Program-made: the position numbers and the translations under genes
Sequence record: PV357169.1
Length of the DNA: 43,293 bases
Source: a phage
Reading direction: 5' to 3' (one strand)
Notes under the pieces: model-generated
What the model saw: only the letters and a program-made list of their open reading frames with translations
What the model was told of the DNA's origin: nothing
Database searches by the model: none
Part shown: in pieces, positions 25,814 to 36,363 of the stretch
Position numbering within the stretch: position 1 is the first letter of the stretch
Layout: the number at the start of each line of letters is the position of its first letter

Positions 25814-26374
25814 ATGAGAGAGTTAGACGCCATTAATTTGACGCTGGAAGCCCTAGGGGAATCTCGCGTTATGGATATCAACACTTCAAACCCTAGTGCG
25901 GGGTTAGCACGTTCTGCGCTCGCGCGTAATCGCAGAGGGTTGCTCAGTACTGGTTACTGGTTCAACGTAGTTGAGCGGGAGGTTACCCCTACAACTGATG
26001 GTTTTATTAAAATTCCATGGAACCATCTAGCTGTGTATGATGCGTGCTCCAACAATAAGTACGGTGTACGTGATGGAAACCTTTATAACCTAATCGAGCA
26101 GGACGAGTACTTCGATTCTCCTGTTAAGATTAAGGTGGTGCTGGACCTCAACTTTGAGGATCTTCCAGAGCATGCCGCCATGTGGATTGCAAACTACACT
26201 GCTGCACAGGTGTACCTGAATGACCTAGGCAGTGACGGCAACTACGCCAACTACGCTGCAGAGGCAGAGCGGTACAAGTCCCTGGTGTTGCGAGAGCATC
26301 TACGGAACCAGAAGTACAGTACCAGCAAGACCAGATTCGCACGTCGTATTCGTCGTGCACGCTTCATGATTTAA
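25814..26374 (+). CDS. Tail tubular protein A (T7 gp11-like)
   Basis: Size and position; some resemblance to recalled T7 gp11. Confidence 0.65.
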   Translation: MRELDAINLTLEALGESRVMDINTSNPSAGLARSALARNRRGLLSTGYWFNVVEREVTPTTDGFIKIPWNHLAVYDACSNNKYGVRDGNLYNLIEQDEYFDSPVKIKVVLDLNFEDLPEHAAMWIANYTAAQVYLNDLGSDGNYANYAAEAERYKSLVLREHLRNQKYSTSKTRFARRIRRARFMI

Positions 26375-26383
26375 GGAGAGGTT

Positions 26384-27478
26384 ATGGCACAATCATTAGA
26401 AGGCACCATTCAGAGTTTGCTCCAGGGTGTGTCCCAGCAGATTCCAAGAGAGCGCCAGCCCGGGCAACTTGGGGCTCAACTGAACATGCTCAGTGACCCG
26501 GTATCCGGAATACGTAGACGACCCCCAGCAGAGATTGTATGGGAGAGTAGTATCGACAATCCGGACCTAGACTCCCTGTATACAGAATACGTTGAGCGTG
26601 GTTCCGACGGTAGGCACCTGCTGATTAACACCAGTAACGGTAATTGGTGGCTATTGTCCAAGGATGGCAAATCCATTGTAAACAGCGGGAACGACCCGTA
26701 CTTCGTAACAACGGTAGGGCAGACCTCTATCCAGACTGCGAGTATTGCTGGGTTGACCTACATCCTGAATACAGAGATGGCTCCGAATGCAACTGTGGAC
26801 AACACTGGTCGAATTGACCCGAGCACCACGGGATTCTTCTACATCAAGACAGTGGCCTTCCAGAAGCGCTGGGAGGTTACTGTATCCTGGACAGGTGGTT
26901 CCGTATCAGGTTATTACAACGCCCCTGATGCAAGTCACGGCGAATCCGCAGAGTGGGTTTCCGCGCCGTATGTAGTTAGGGCCTTAATCGACGGGGATCC
27001 TAATGGTCAGGGTATAGGCTCAGCTATTACGGCGGCTGGTGGAAGTATAAGCCGTTTCGAGGGGTATATGTATATATCCGGACTGCCTAATCTCGTAGTT
27101 AGTACATCTGCTGGAGACACCTACGCCGTGGCATCTGGGCAGAGTAGGGTTCATCAAGAACAGGACCTACCTGCACAGCTACCAGCACAGGCTCACGGTA
27201 CGATGTGCCAAGTGGGTACAGCTTCAGCTGAGACAGCGTGGTATCAGTTCGACTATAATTCCCGCACCTGGTCAGAGGTTGGGGCCTACGGTAGCATCTC
27301 CAAAATTACTAACATGCCCCGGGAACTGGCATCGGATGATAACATCATTGCTCGTGAATGGGAGGGGCGTCTTGCTGGGAACGACGAAAACAACCAGGAC
27401 CCTGGGTTTATTGAGAATGGCTACATTACAGGTATAGCAGCATTCCAGGCCGTCTGGTGCTGCTTAGTGGTAGTGTAG
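26384..27478 (+). CDS. Tail tubular protein B, N-terminal fragment (frameshifted gene)
   Basis: 364-aa ORF that ends in an implausible tail (AVWCCLVVV); continues in the -1 frame from ~27415. Confidence 0.6.
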   Translation: MAQSLEGTIQSLLQGVSQQIPRERQPGQLGAQLNMLSDPVSGIRRRPPAEIVWESSIDNPDLDSLYTEYVERGSDGRHLLINTSNGNWWLLSKDGKSIVNSGNDPYFVTTVGQTSIQTASIAGLTYILNTEMAPNATVDNTGRIDPSTTGFFYIKTVAFQKRWEVTVSWTGGSVSGYYNAPDASHGESAEWVSAPYVVRALIDGDPNGQGIGSAITAAGGSISRFEGYMYISGLPNLVVSTSAGDTYAVASGQSRVHQEQDLPAQLPAQAHGTMCQVGTASAETAWYQFDYNSRTWSEVGAYGSISKITNMPRELASDDNIIAREWEGRLAGNDENNQDPGFIENGYITGIAAFQAVWCCLVVV

Positions 27479-28761
27479 TGGACATGTCAGCATCTGGGCT
27501 GTATCAGCGATTCTATCGCTCTACAGTAACCTCTCTGCTGGATACAGACCGTATCAGCATTAGCTCGGCATCTGCTCAGGATTCCGTGTACCGTACAGCT
27601 ATACAATTCAACCGAGACTTGGTTCTGTTTGCAAATAGCATGCAGGCTGTAGTGCCTGGGTCAGTAGTGCTTACTCCAACTAACGCCAGTATTAGCATCA
27701 CTAGCACCTACGAATGTGACAGCCGAGTAACGCCAGTAATGGCTGGGCAGACTGTGATTTACCCGAACAAGCGCAACAGCAGCTACGCGGGTATTCTGGA
27801 GCTTATCCCATCCCCGTATACTGCCTCACAATATACTACGCAGGATGCGACTGTGCACCTCCCTCGGTATATCCATGGGAGGGTGCTGCAGATGCAAAAC
27901 TCCAGTGTCACTAATATGGCGTTTGTGCGTATGTCCGGACAGCGCAAGAGTCTGCTGGTATATGAGTTCATGTGGGGTGGACAGGATGGTGGTAAGGTGC
28001 AATCAGCCTGGCACCAATGGACGTTCCCGTATAATATTCTGAGCGTGCAGGCACTTGAAGATGAAGTGTTCCTGTACCTGCAAGGGCCAAGCCCGGGCAA
28101 TAAACTTCTGATTTTGTCTATGGACCCACGCGAGGGGTACAACCTCGGCAGTGAGTATACAGATGCGTACTCGGACTTGCAGACGCAAGTTACTGTAAGC
28201 GCCGGAGTGTTAACAGTGCCCGCAGTATTGCGCCCAGCGGGTTGGGCGGATACGTACAAAGAGGACCTAATCCTCACGTACCCAGCCAACAATCCTATGG
28301 GACCTACCGAAGTAGGGTTACAGGATATTGCCGGTACAAATCAGCTCAGAGTCGTACGTGGTGTTCCTGATGGGCAGTATATCCTGGGTCGCAGGTACAA
28401 TAGCGCATTCACTCTGACTACCCCAGTACTTCGGGATCAGAATGATAAGTTAGTTGGTAGCGGGCACGTGCGTTTGTTGCGTCTGGATGTAGCAGTACGT
28501 AACTCCGGGCACTTTGATGTGCATGTAACGGATACGCCCCGGGATGTTGACTGGAGTGGAGAACTCACAGGTATCTTGATGAACTCCAAGGAGCTGACGT
28601 TGGGGCAGACCTTGCGTATGGACTTGGCTACCATCACGGTGCCGTGCCGCACTAACGCGGATACTACGGAAATCACTTTGTATACCAAGGGCTCCCAGGA
28701 GCTGAACGTGCTGGATATCTCTTATATCCTGCGCTACAACCAACGCAGACGGAGGATTTAA
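27457..28761 (+). CDS. Tail tubular protein B, C-terminal fragment
   Basis: 434-aa ORF; the two fragments sum to ~798 aa, about the size of T7 gp12. Confidence 0.6.
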   Translation: MLLSGSVVDMSASGLYQRFYRSTVTSLLDTDRISISSASAQDSVYRTAIQFNRDLVLFANSMQAVVPGSVVLTPTNASISITSTYECDSRVTPVMAGQTVIYPNKRNSSYAGILELIPSPYTASQYTTQDATVHLPRYIHGRVLQMQNSSVTNMAFVRMSGQRKSLLVYEFMWGGQDGGKVQSAWHQWTFPYNILSVQALEDEVFLYLQGPSPGNKLLILSMDPREGYNLGSEYTDAYSDLQTQVTVSAGVLTVPAVLRPAGWADTYKEDLILTYPANNPMGPTEVGLQDIAGTNQLRVVRGVPDGQYILGRRYNSAFTLTTPVLRDQNDKLVGSGHVRLLRLDVAVRNSGHFDVHVTDTPRDVDWSGELTGILMNSKELTLGQTLRMDLATITVPCRTNADTTEITLYTKGSQELNVLDISYILRYNQRRRRI

Positions 28762-28762
28762 T

Positions 28763-29350
28763 ATGGGTATGTGGTGGGCCGCCGCCGCCCTAGCAGGCTC
28801 TAAACTGCTTGGTGCTGGGGCGCAGATTGAGGTTGCCAAAGCACGTAACAAAGCAGTAATTCAGCAGACAGCGAAGCAGCTTAACGATATTGCGCTGCAA
28901 CGTGCCCAGTCCAGGGACCGGACTGAGGTTGCTCTGTTCAACATTCAACAGCAGAAGCTGCAAGCACAGAGTCAGGTAGGCCTGCAAGCTGCTGCGTCCG
29001 GTACTATGGGGGCGTCTGTTAAGGATGCCGTAGCAACCGTGAATACAGTAGCAGATCGTCAGATATCTGGAATCAGGTCCCAGCAGGCCACTCAGGAAGA
29101 GGGCTACCGAATGATGGTGGATAAGGCCGTGGATAGCGGATTAGCCAATATGGACCTGGAGAGCGGATACGATAAGATGTTTAATGCCGCCTTGGGCTTT
29201 GGTGGGCAACTGCTCGGGCAATACATAGGGAATGAACTATCCAAGAGCACTCCCGATAGTACCGACACCGCCCCGGAGCCTGCAGCAGATAATTCGTTCT
29301 TGTATGACCTATGGGGCAGCAAGGGTAATAGCAAAGTACACACCTGGTAA
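28763..29350 (+). CDS. Internal virion protein A (putative)
   Basis: Position after the tail tubular genes; N-terminal hydrophobic segment. Confidence 0.5.
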   Translation: MGMWWAAAALAGSKLLGAGAQIEVAKARNKAVIQQTAKQLNDIALQRAQSRDRTEVALFNIQQQKLQAQSQVGLQAAASGTMGASVKDAVATVNTVADRQISGIRSQQATQEEGYRMMVDKAVDSGLANMDLESGYDKMFNAALGFGGQLLGQYIGNELSKSTPDSTDTAPEPAADNSFLYDLWGSKGNSKVHTW

Positions 29351-29365
29351 ACTAAGGGGAAGTAA

Positions 29366-32050
29366 ATGCCTGTAATTCAACCCAACCGACAGGGTCTAAA
29401 TATCGGCGGCGTGCAATTGCAGGCCAACGAGGTTAACTTGCCCTCTACAGTCGGGGATGTAGTAGTAGACACGTCCAAAGCAAACCGCCTTGCAGCACTC
29501 TCTGGCTTCGTCCAGGACTTCGGTATAGGGTTTGATGCAGCAGTAAAAGAAAATGCAGCAGCAGCCACTGTGCGAGGTGCTATGGATGCCCAGGGTGCAG
29601 TAGATGCAATGGCCTCTAAAGATGAGGCAGTACAGAAGCAGAATCTATTTGTACGAGAAGCCTACCAGGATGGTTATGTATCTGCTGCGGCCTACGATTC
29701 TCTAGCTAAGTGGCGCACGGATAGTATTGCTCGCGCTAAGAAGGCAGCTGAGGCTGGGCTGACCGATGAAGAGTTCCACCAGCAGGAGCAAGAGCATGTC
29801 CAGGCTATGTCTGACAAGCTCGGTATGTATCTTCCGGATATGTCCAAACAGTCCGCTACAGCGGTACTGCAGCAGCTCCGTGCAACCAGCTTAGCGAATT
29901 ATACGGCCTTCCAGAAGGGTCGCGCAGAGTTTGCGGTAGTACAAGCAGATCGTGCGCTGGACCGTGGGCTTAGCTCCTCTGTTGATGAGTTCTATCAGCG
30001 CCTGAATGCTGGGCAGGGTGCAGCAGCACAGATGTCAATTAAGACAGGACTGGATAGCATCCTAGCGGCTGAACACCTGGATAAATCTAAGAAGCTAGAC
30101 CGGGCCAAGCAGTACCTGGTTAGTGTAGCACAGCAGACCCAGGACCCTTTAATCATCAACCAGTTGCAGGAGATGGCAACGAAAGAGCTGGGCGTCAATG
30201 CTGTAGACGTCAATGCTGCCTTGTATCAGGAATTTAAACGTGCCGGTACCCAGGTTGAGACTCAGGCACGTTTTGAAATCTCCGATGCAATCCAGTCTCT
30301 TGAGGGGCAATCCCCGGAAGAGCAAGAGCAGACGATGCAGCATATCCGCAACCGTGTGATTGAGTTATCTGTTACGGATGTGTTAAGCCCTGGTACCAGT
30401 ATGGAATTCTGGAACAAGGCCCAGACTATCCGGGAGAAGACTGCGGATACACAGGCTTTACGTATCGCCATCACAGGGAACCTCCCTACATCCACCTTAG
30501 CTGGGATGTTCAAAGGGGATTTGGATAAGGCCCGGTCACAGGTACTCAAAAACTTCCCAGACACTCCAGAGGGGAACTTGCAGCTACTGGCTTATGGTAG
30601 CAACAGTAAGGATGCGTGGGCCGTTAATGAGGCGCACAAGCGCATGTCCTCGGATATGGCGCGTACCCTCACTACACTGGACCAGTTAGGTGAGGATGGG
30701 CAGGTGTCCAAGGAGAATGTCAATAGCATCAACCTGTGGGCCCAAGCATATAGTACCAGTACCGACTTAGGTAAGATGGCTCTGCTGTCTGAAGTCCCAT
30801 CTGAGTGGCAGGGGGTGGTTCAGAAGGCCATTGCACAGAACCCCAATAACGCCAGCAACACCATTCTGGACGACCTGCGTCGCCAGGCCCGTAACAAGGC
30901 TAGCGGGCGCTACAACAACATCAGTAGCAACCCCACAGACAAAATGGTGGATCCGAGTCACACTGCTAATTGGTTCAGCTTCTTCGGCACAGCGGACGCA
31001 CAGCGCCAAGAGGCGCGCGCCGCTATGGAGGAAGAATATCGGTACGTATATAATCACAACCCAGAGGCGTTAGTTGGTAAGGATCCTGATGATATCAACA
31101 CGATGCTCAAAGGTAACATCCAAGCCCGTAAGCTGGAGTTAGATATCTCTGGAGCCCCTCGGCACGTGTATCTGCCAGCTGGGACTTCTATTCAATCCCT
31201 AATGGGGGATTATCGAGGAGACCAGGAGCAGTTCAAGTCGTCTCTGCAGCAGCAGATTCAGAGCCAGGTCAACGCCTTAACTAACCCTAGCAACCTTGAA
31301 CGAGTAGTAGTGCAGGCTGCCACAGCGGGTAACTCAGCGCAGAACATGACTGTTACTATATTCGACAAGAAGGGAACCTTCCAGACTATGTCGGTGAATC
31401 TGCGTGACGTTCAAACCACTGCGCAAGATGCGTACAACAAGGCGCTAGCTGGTGAGATGAAGATTGGCAGCGAGCAAGTAGGTGTCCGTCCAGCTACCTT
31501 CTACGACCATGACAACGGCAGAGTTGTAAGTACGCAGGTCAATGGACGTAATGGGGTAGGTGTAGAGCCATCGCTATTCAGTGAGATTCTTGCCAACACC
31601 ATGCAGTTCGAGGGATTCCGAGAAGGCAAAGGTAATGGTAGCGTAGGCTTCGGTTTGCACAACAACTCCGGTATGCCTGTTCCGAAGAAAGTTACTATTG
31701 ACGACGGTATTAGTATTCTGAAATCCTCCCTGGAGAAGCAGTACATCCCGAATGTGAACAAACAGTTGCGCGGACAGGGCTTGAATGCCTCTGCGGATGC
31801 TATGAAGGTTATGGTTGACTTGAACTATCACGGTGGTAACGGTAGTTCTGGCCCGGTAGCAGAGGCAGTGGCACAGGTACGTAAAGCTTCCAAGTCTCCG
31901 GTAGGGGCGTACCAGTACCCTGTATCTGAGGCTCAGGGTAAGGCTTGGCAAGCACTCCGTAATACTCCAGCTTACAAACAGGCACAGCCTAAACGTAAGA
32001 AATATCTGGAGCAAGGACTACGTAACTGGATGTTTGAGGTAACACACTAA
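29366..32050 (+). CDS. Internal virion protein B (T7 gp15-like, putative)
   Basis: 894-aa ORF in the conserved position. Confidence 0.55.
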   Translation: MPVIQPNRQGLNIGGVQLQANEVNLPSTVGDVVVDTSKANRLAALSGFVQDFGIGFDAAVKENAAAATVRGAMDAQGAVDAMASKDEAVQKQNLFVREAYQDGYVSAAAYDSLAKWRTDSIARAKKAAEAGLTDEEFHQQEQEHVQAMSDKLGMYLPDMSKQSATAVLQQLRATSLANYTAFQKGRAEFAVVQADRALDRGLSSSVDEFYQRLNAGQGAAAQMSIKTGLDSILAAEHLDKSKKLDRAKQYLVSVAQQTQDPLIINQLQEMATKELGVNAVDVNAALYQEFKRAGTQVETQARFEISDAIQSLEGQSPEEQEQTMQHIRNRVIELSVTDVLSPGTSMEFWNKAQTIREKTADTQALRIAITGNLPTSTLAGMFKGDLDKARSQVLKNFPDTPEGNLQLLAYGSNSKDAWAVNEAHKRMSSDMARTLTTLDQLGEDGQVSKENVNSINLWAQAYSTSTDLGKMALLSEVPSEWQGVVQKAIAQNPNNASNTILDDLRRQARNKASGRYNNISSNPTDKMVDPSHTANWFSFFGTADAQRQEARAAMEEEYRYVYNHNPEALVGKDPDDINTMLKGNIQARKLELDISGAPRHVYLPAGTSIQSLMGDYRGDQEQFKSSLQQQIQSQVNALTNPSNLERVVVQAATAGNSAQNMTVTIFDKKGTFQTMSVNLRDVQTTAQDAYNKALAGEMKIGSEQVGVRPATFYDHDNGRVVSTQVNGRNGVGVEPSLFSEILANTMQFEGFREGKGNGSVGFGLHNNSGMPVPKKVTIDDGISILKSSLEKQYIPNVNKQLRGQGLNASADAMKVMVDLNYHGGNGSSGPVAEAVAQVRKASKSPVGAYQYPVSEAQGKAWQALRNTPAYKQAQPKRKKYLEQGLRNWMFEVTH

Positions 32051-32053
32051 CAG

Positions 32054-32071
32054 AGGCCCTTCGGGGCCTCC
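32054..32071 (+). terminator. GC hairpin with TTCG loop (GAGGCCC-TTCG-GGGCCTC); terminator or processing site
   Basis: Perfect 7-bp stem directly after the stop; not followed by a clean T-run. Confidence 0.4.
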
Positions 32072-32099
32072 CCTTATCAAAATTCTTTCAGGAGATATT

Positions 32100-35000
32100 A
32101 TGGCTCAGTTTCTGAACCAAGAACCGAATCCACAGGAAAAGGATTCTGCTAAGGGCGCAACACTTAAACCTGCGCCTGCGCGTATAGATTGGAACGATGC
32201 GGGTGATGACGGCTTGAATGCACTGGAGCGTGCCTCCTTACTAGCACAGGCCAAGACTCCTGCTACTACAGCTGCAGAGAGCTTTGCGTCTGGTATGGGT
32301 AATAGCATCATAGCTGCAGCTATCCGTAAAGCCTCCGCCCCGGCATTTGTCCCAGAGCAGGGTTTTGATGCTAAGAAGCAATTAAGCACTGATTCACGGG
32401 CTAAACTCTATACCCCTAATCAAGAAGAAATTGATTACTTACATGGAGCAGTGTCTCTGGAGGACTATAACTACCGCATACAGCAGATGCTTGATCAGCG
32501 TCATCGCGATCGCTTAATGGCTGACAACACAATAGCTGGGTTCGCTGGGGCTATAGCAGGTGACTCTCCATTTCTCCTAGCTCCGATGTCTGCGGCAGGT
32601 ATCGCTGGTCGGGCTGGCTTAGCAGTGCGCACTGCTATCCGCGCAGCGGATGTAGGTACGGCTGTTTATGCACAGGACCAACTGGGTCAGTCTGCGGCAG
32701 TTACTGCTCTTGTAGCAGGTGTAGCTGGTCTAGACCAACTCTGGGATATCCGTAGGGCTGTACGCGCATCTACGGCAGCTGCGTCAACTACAAGAGCTGC
32801 TGAGACCACCCCTAATGCTGCTACGGCAACTTCCCGCACTGCTCCGGAAGAAGTAGCAACAAGTCGCAATGTGGTAGATTCCCCTGCTGGCCCGTCTAAT
32901 GCGCAAGCTGATAGTGCTGCGGTTGCTAAAACCACTGACGGTTTACCAGAAGGTTTAAGCTTGAACGTGCTGGATGATGTAGAGCACCACGCTTACTCTG
33001 GTGTACGCGTACCTGGTATAGAGGTAGAAGTAAATCGCGGAGATAAGTTGGTTGGTGTTGTGCAGGCTTATCGTGTAGGTGATGATTTACAAGTAGCACA
33101 TGCCTGGGTTGATAAATCCCTGCGTGGCAAGGGAGTAGGTGCGAGCATGTACAAAGCACTAGTTAAGCGCGCTACTGATGCAGGATATGGTAACTTGTTG
33201 TCTGATAACTCAGTAACTGCGTCTGCTCAGCAGATGTGGCGCAAACTTGGTGCTACCAAAACCAAAGATTTTAAAGAACTAACGGACGGTATTGAAGGGC
33301 AGCGTTATGCAGTCTCTGCGGATGAAAAGTCCCCACTCTTTACTCTAGACTTGAAACGTCCTGTGTTTGACCCAGATGCGCCTACAACTCGTACAGCGAG
33401 GGATGTTAATGTTACAGGAGTAGGAGAGGGGGAAGAAATCCTCACCAAAGCACTGGATGAACCGATAAAAGTCCTTAGAAACAACACTACTACTGTTAAC
33501 ATTAAAGCGCAGGACGTAGTTCGATTCCTAAAGACCTCTGAGCATTTATCTAAGGGTCAGAAGGCTATCCTGGACACCCTGGGCGATGCAGTACAGGACA
33601 TTGATTTTAAGTTGGTGGCAGGCTCTTCTAACCGTAGCCACTACAGCTTTCCACTGGTATCAAGAACTGATAGGGGTTTTGTATCTTTACGTGCCCCTAA
33701 GAAAGCTAATGGAAGTACTTGGACAACTGTAGGCGACGCCCTACGTGCCATGGACGCCGATACTAGTCGAGTAGCAGTGCACGAGCTGATTCACGCTGCC
33801 ACTACTAGGGCCCTTAAGCGGAATCCTGAAATTGCTAGTAAGCTGGAAGAGGTGCGCGCTGCAATAGCAGCTGATTCAACCCTCAGTGATAAGCTTAAGT
33901 ACTACGCAAGCGATGTGCACGAGATGCTAGCTGGACTAGGTGATAGCCCTGAGTGGGTGGAGTATCTCTCTAAAACTCAATCTCCTACTGGTAGGAGTAT
34001 GCTCCGCCAGATTGGTGAGTACATCATGAATGCCCTGGGGATTCGCACCAAGGGGTCCGCTCTGGAGGATGTTCTGGACGCGTACGAGGATGCTGTCAAG
34101 TGGACAGCAAAGGACTACGCAGAACAAGTTCAGAGCTTCCGCAGCGAATCTTTCCAGGACCTAGCGGATACATCGGTTAAGAATGAGGCCCTGAAAGCTC
34201 AGACTATGATGGACACGGCCAAGCGTAAGTTAGCCACTATGTTCTCCCTGTATGATAACATCGCAGAGGGTAGCGAGGACCTGGCACGCTTACTGGTATC
34301 TGATGCTACTGCTGTAGGCGGTCGTAAACCGTCTGTGGTGGACTTCAAGCGTAACCTTACGTTGGAGATGGATGCTAGTGCCAGTGTAGTTGAGGACGCT
34401 ATACTTGGTGCCCTCAAGGCCAAAGGTGTAGGTTTCATAGACCGCTTCTTCCACCGTAGCAACTTCCGAGCAGCTCGTGCTGACTTAGAAGATCGCTTGG
34501 GCCGTTACCTGGACTCTGCGTACAGCGCTGAGGTTAATGGACGCCCTGTACCTCTGCCGGACTCTGACTTGGTTCCGCTAGTAGAGGCGTACCGCAACTC
34601 CGGCTGGGCCAGTAAGTGGCACGATCACATGACTGCTGCCGGACTGGTGGATGACGGTACTCTGATTAAATCGGACTATTACTTCCCTCGCCAGTACAGC
34701 TACGATAAGATGCGCCAAGGTATTGCAAATGGTCGCTCCCTGGATAATTATCGGGATCTGTTCCGTCAGGCATTGCGTGACGTGTACCCGTCTATGGAAC
34801 CCGAAGTTGTCCAGCGCGTTGCTAAGGAGATGGTTGACGGTATCTATAACGGACGCTCCTCGGCTTCTGGTCCTATGTGGAAGCAACTCATCAATGGTAT
34901 GGGTAATGATGAAGTAGTTATGGCCATGCGTAATGCTGGCGTAGACGAGAGTGCAATCCAGAGTTTCTTGGCAGGTAATGTCCGAGAATCTGGCGCTACC

Positions 35001-36362
35001 TCGCCTGCTAAGAACCTCCGTCAACGTACCCGCTTCAACATGGACAAAGAGTACATCGTAGACGGTCAGGTTATGCGCATGCAGGATCTGATGGATACTG
35101 ATGTAGCCAAGGTAATGCACGGTTACACCAACCGCATGTCAGGTCGTGTAGGTATGGCTTACGCCGGAGTCTCTGACCTAAAAACACTAGAGACGATGAT
35201 TAACGAGTCCAAACACGCTCTGGCTGATTCCGGTAAGTGGGAGAAGACCGTTAATGACACCATCGACTTTATCTTAGGTGGGGCACCAGCCGACGCCGGT
35301 CAAATGCCGGACCTGCTCCGTGCAGCCGGTAACATGGCCAACGCTACCATGCTTAAGAACTCTGGGTTGTACCAGCTTACTGACACCGCTCTAGCGCTGA
35401 AAGAGTTTGGTATGTCCCGAGTACTCCGCAGTATGCGTGAGCAGCCCTGGTTTAAAGAGGGTGCCGTAGCTATTCGCACTCCGGATATGGCTAGTCGTCT
35501 GGATGCAATCCTACGTGGTAGTATCCAGAAGGAGATGCGCTTCCGCTGGTTGAATACCTACGCAGACGATAACTTGGACCTGACCCGTCAGGCTTCCTGG
35601 TTTAATGTCACCCAGAACGTTGGACAGGCTGCGCGTCACGTCAACGGTATGAGTATGGTACATCGACTGCAGGTTAACCTTAACTCAGGTATTGTAGCGG
35701 ATGAGCTCCAGCAGATGTTCAAGGGCGACGCTGAGGCGTTTAAGCGTCTGGAGCGTTTCGGGCTTACCCGCGACGTTGCAGACCGTGCCATTGCTGCTAA
35801 CAAGGCTAATCCTGGTGCTATGTTCCAGCCGGACCTGCAAATGCAGATTGAGGTGGTAGGTACCAGAATGATGGACTACCTGGTGCAGCAAGTACGTACC
35901 GGTGAGACCTCGCACTTCGCACAGTTTAACCCTATTGGCAAGATAATTGTAGGTTACCAGAGCTTCGCCCTGGCTGCCACCAACAAGATTCTACGTAGGG
36001 AGCTGAGCGACGCTGGATGGATTGGCGTAGCCCATATTATGGCGTACCAGTTCCCGTTAATGCTACTGGCTACTATGGCTAAGCATGGTATGGATGGGAA
36101 GGACGTAGACACCCAGAAGCTAATCAGTGAATCTGTGATGGGTATGAGCGCCATTGGTGGGATCTCGCTTCTGCAGGATATCTTCACTGGGGACTCACCG
36201 CGTCACTCCTTGGCGTCTATGGGTTACGTTACAGGGCTGTTGGGTGCGCTGCAGGATCTGGCTACTGGGGATATGGATATCCAGACCTTCACTAAGCAGG
36301 TCCCGTTAATCCAGGAATTCGCTCCTACGCGAGCTATAATCAATAACTTCGGAGACGATTAA
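32100..36362 (+). CDS. Internal virion protein C (T7 gp16-like ejection protein, 1420 aa) with GNAT-like and HExxH segments
   Basis: Largest ORF, in the conserved position; Ala-rich N-terminus; RGKGVG segment (~aa 345) and HELIH (~aa 561). Confidence 0.6.
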   Translation: MAQFLNQEPNPQEKDSAKGATLKPAPARIDWNDAGDDGLNALERASLLAQAKTPATTAAESFASGMGNSIIAAAIRKASAPAFVPEQGFDAKKQLSTDSRAKLYTPNQEEIDYLHGAVSLEDYNYRIQQMLDQRHRDRLMADNTIAGFAGAIAGDSPFLLAPMSAAGIAGRAGLAVRTAIRAADVGTAVYAQDQLGQSAAVTALVAGVAGLDQLWDIRRAVRASTAAASTTRAAETTPNAATATSRTAPEEVATSRNVVDSPAGPSNAQADSAAVAKTTDGLPEGLSLNVLDDVEHHAYSGVRVPGIEVEVNRGDKLVGVVQAYRVGDDLQVAHAWVDKSLRGKGVGASMYKALVKRATDAGYGNLLSDNSVTASAQQMWRKLGATKTKDFKELTDGIEGQRYAVSADEKSPLFTLDLKRPVFDPDAPTTRTARDVNVTGVGEGEEILTKALDEPIKVLRNNTTTVNIKAQDVVRFLKTSEHLSKGQKAILDTLGDAVQDIDFKLVAGSSNRSHYSFPLVSRTDRGFVSLRAPKKANGSTWTTVGDALRAMDADTSRVAVHELIHAATTRALKRNPEIASKLEEVRAAIAADSTLSDKLKYYASDVHEMLAGLGDSPEWVEYLSKTQSPTGRSMLRQIGEYIMNALGIRTKGSALEDVLDAYEDAVKWTAKDYAEQVQSFRSESFQDLADTSVKNEALKAQTMMDTAKRKLATMFSLYDNIAEGSEDLARLLVSDATAVGGRKPSVVDFKRNLTLEMDASASVVEDAILGALKAKGVGFIDRFFHRSNFRAARADLEDRLGRYLDSAYSAEVNGRPVPLPDSDLVPLVEAYRNSGWASKWHDHMTAAGLVDDGTLIKSDYYFPRQYSYDKMRQGIANGRSLDNYRDLFRQALRDVYPSMEPEVVQRVAKEMVDGIYNGRSSASGPMWKQLINGMGNDEVVMAMRNAGVDESAIQSFLAGNVRESGATSPAKNLRQRTRFNMDKEYIVDGQVMRMQDLMDTDVAKVMHGYTNRMSGRVGMAYAGVSDLKTLETMINESKHALADSGKWEKTVNDTIDFILGGAPADAGQMPDLLRAAGNMANATMLKNSGLYQLTDTALALKEFGMSRVLRSMREQPWFKEGAVAIRTPDMASRLDAILRGSIQKEMRFRWLNTYADDNLDLTRQASWFNVTQNVGQAARHVNGMSMVHRLQVNLNSGIVADELQQMFKGDAEAFKRLERFGLTRDVADRAIAANKANPGAMFQPDLQMQIEVVGTRMMDYLVQQVRTGETSHFAQFNPIGKIIVGYQSFALAATNKILRRELSDAGWIGVAHIMAYQFPLMLLATMAKHGMDGKDVDTQKLISESVMGMSAIGGISLLQDIFTGDSPRHSLASMGYVTGLLGALQDLATGDMDIQTFTKQVPLIQEFAPTRAIINNFGDD
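33408..33424 (+). promoter_or_regulatory. Copy 3 of conserved motif ATGTTACAGGAGTAGGA, inside the internal virion protein C gene
   Basis: Exact 17-mer; encodes NVTGVG in frame. Confidence 0.35.
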
Positions 36363-36363
36363 T

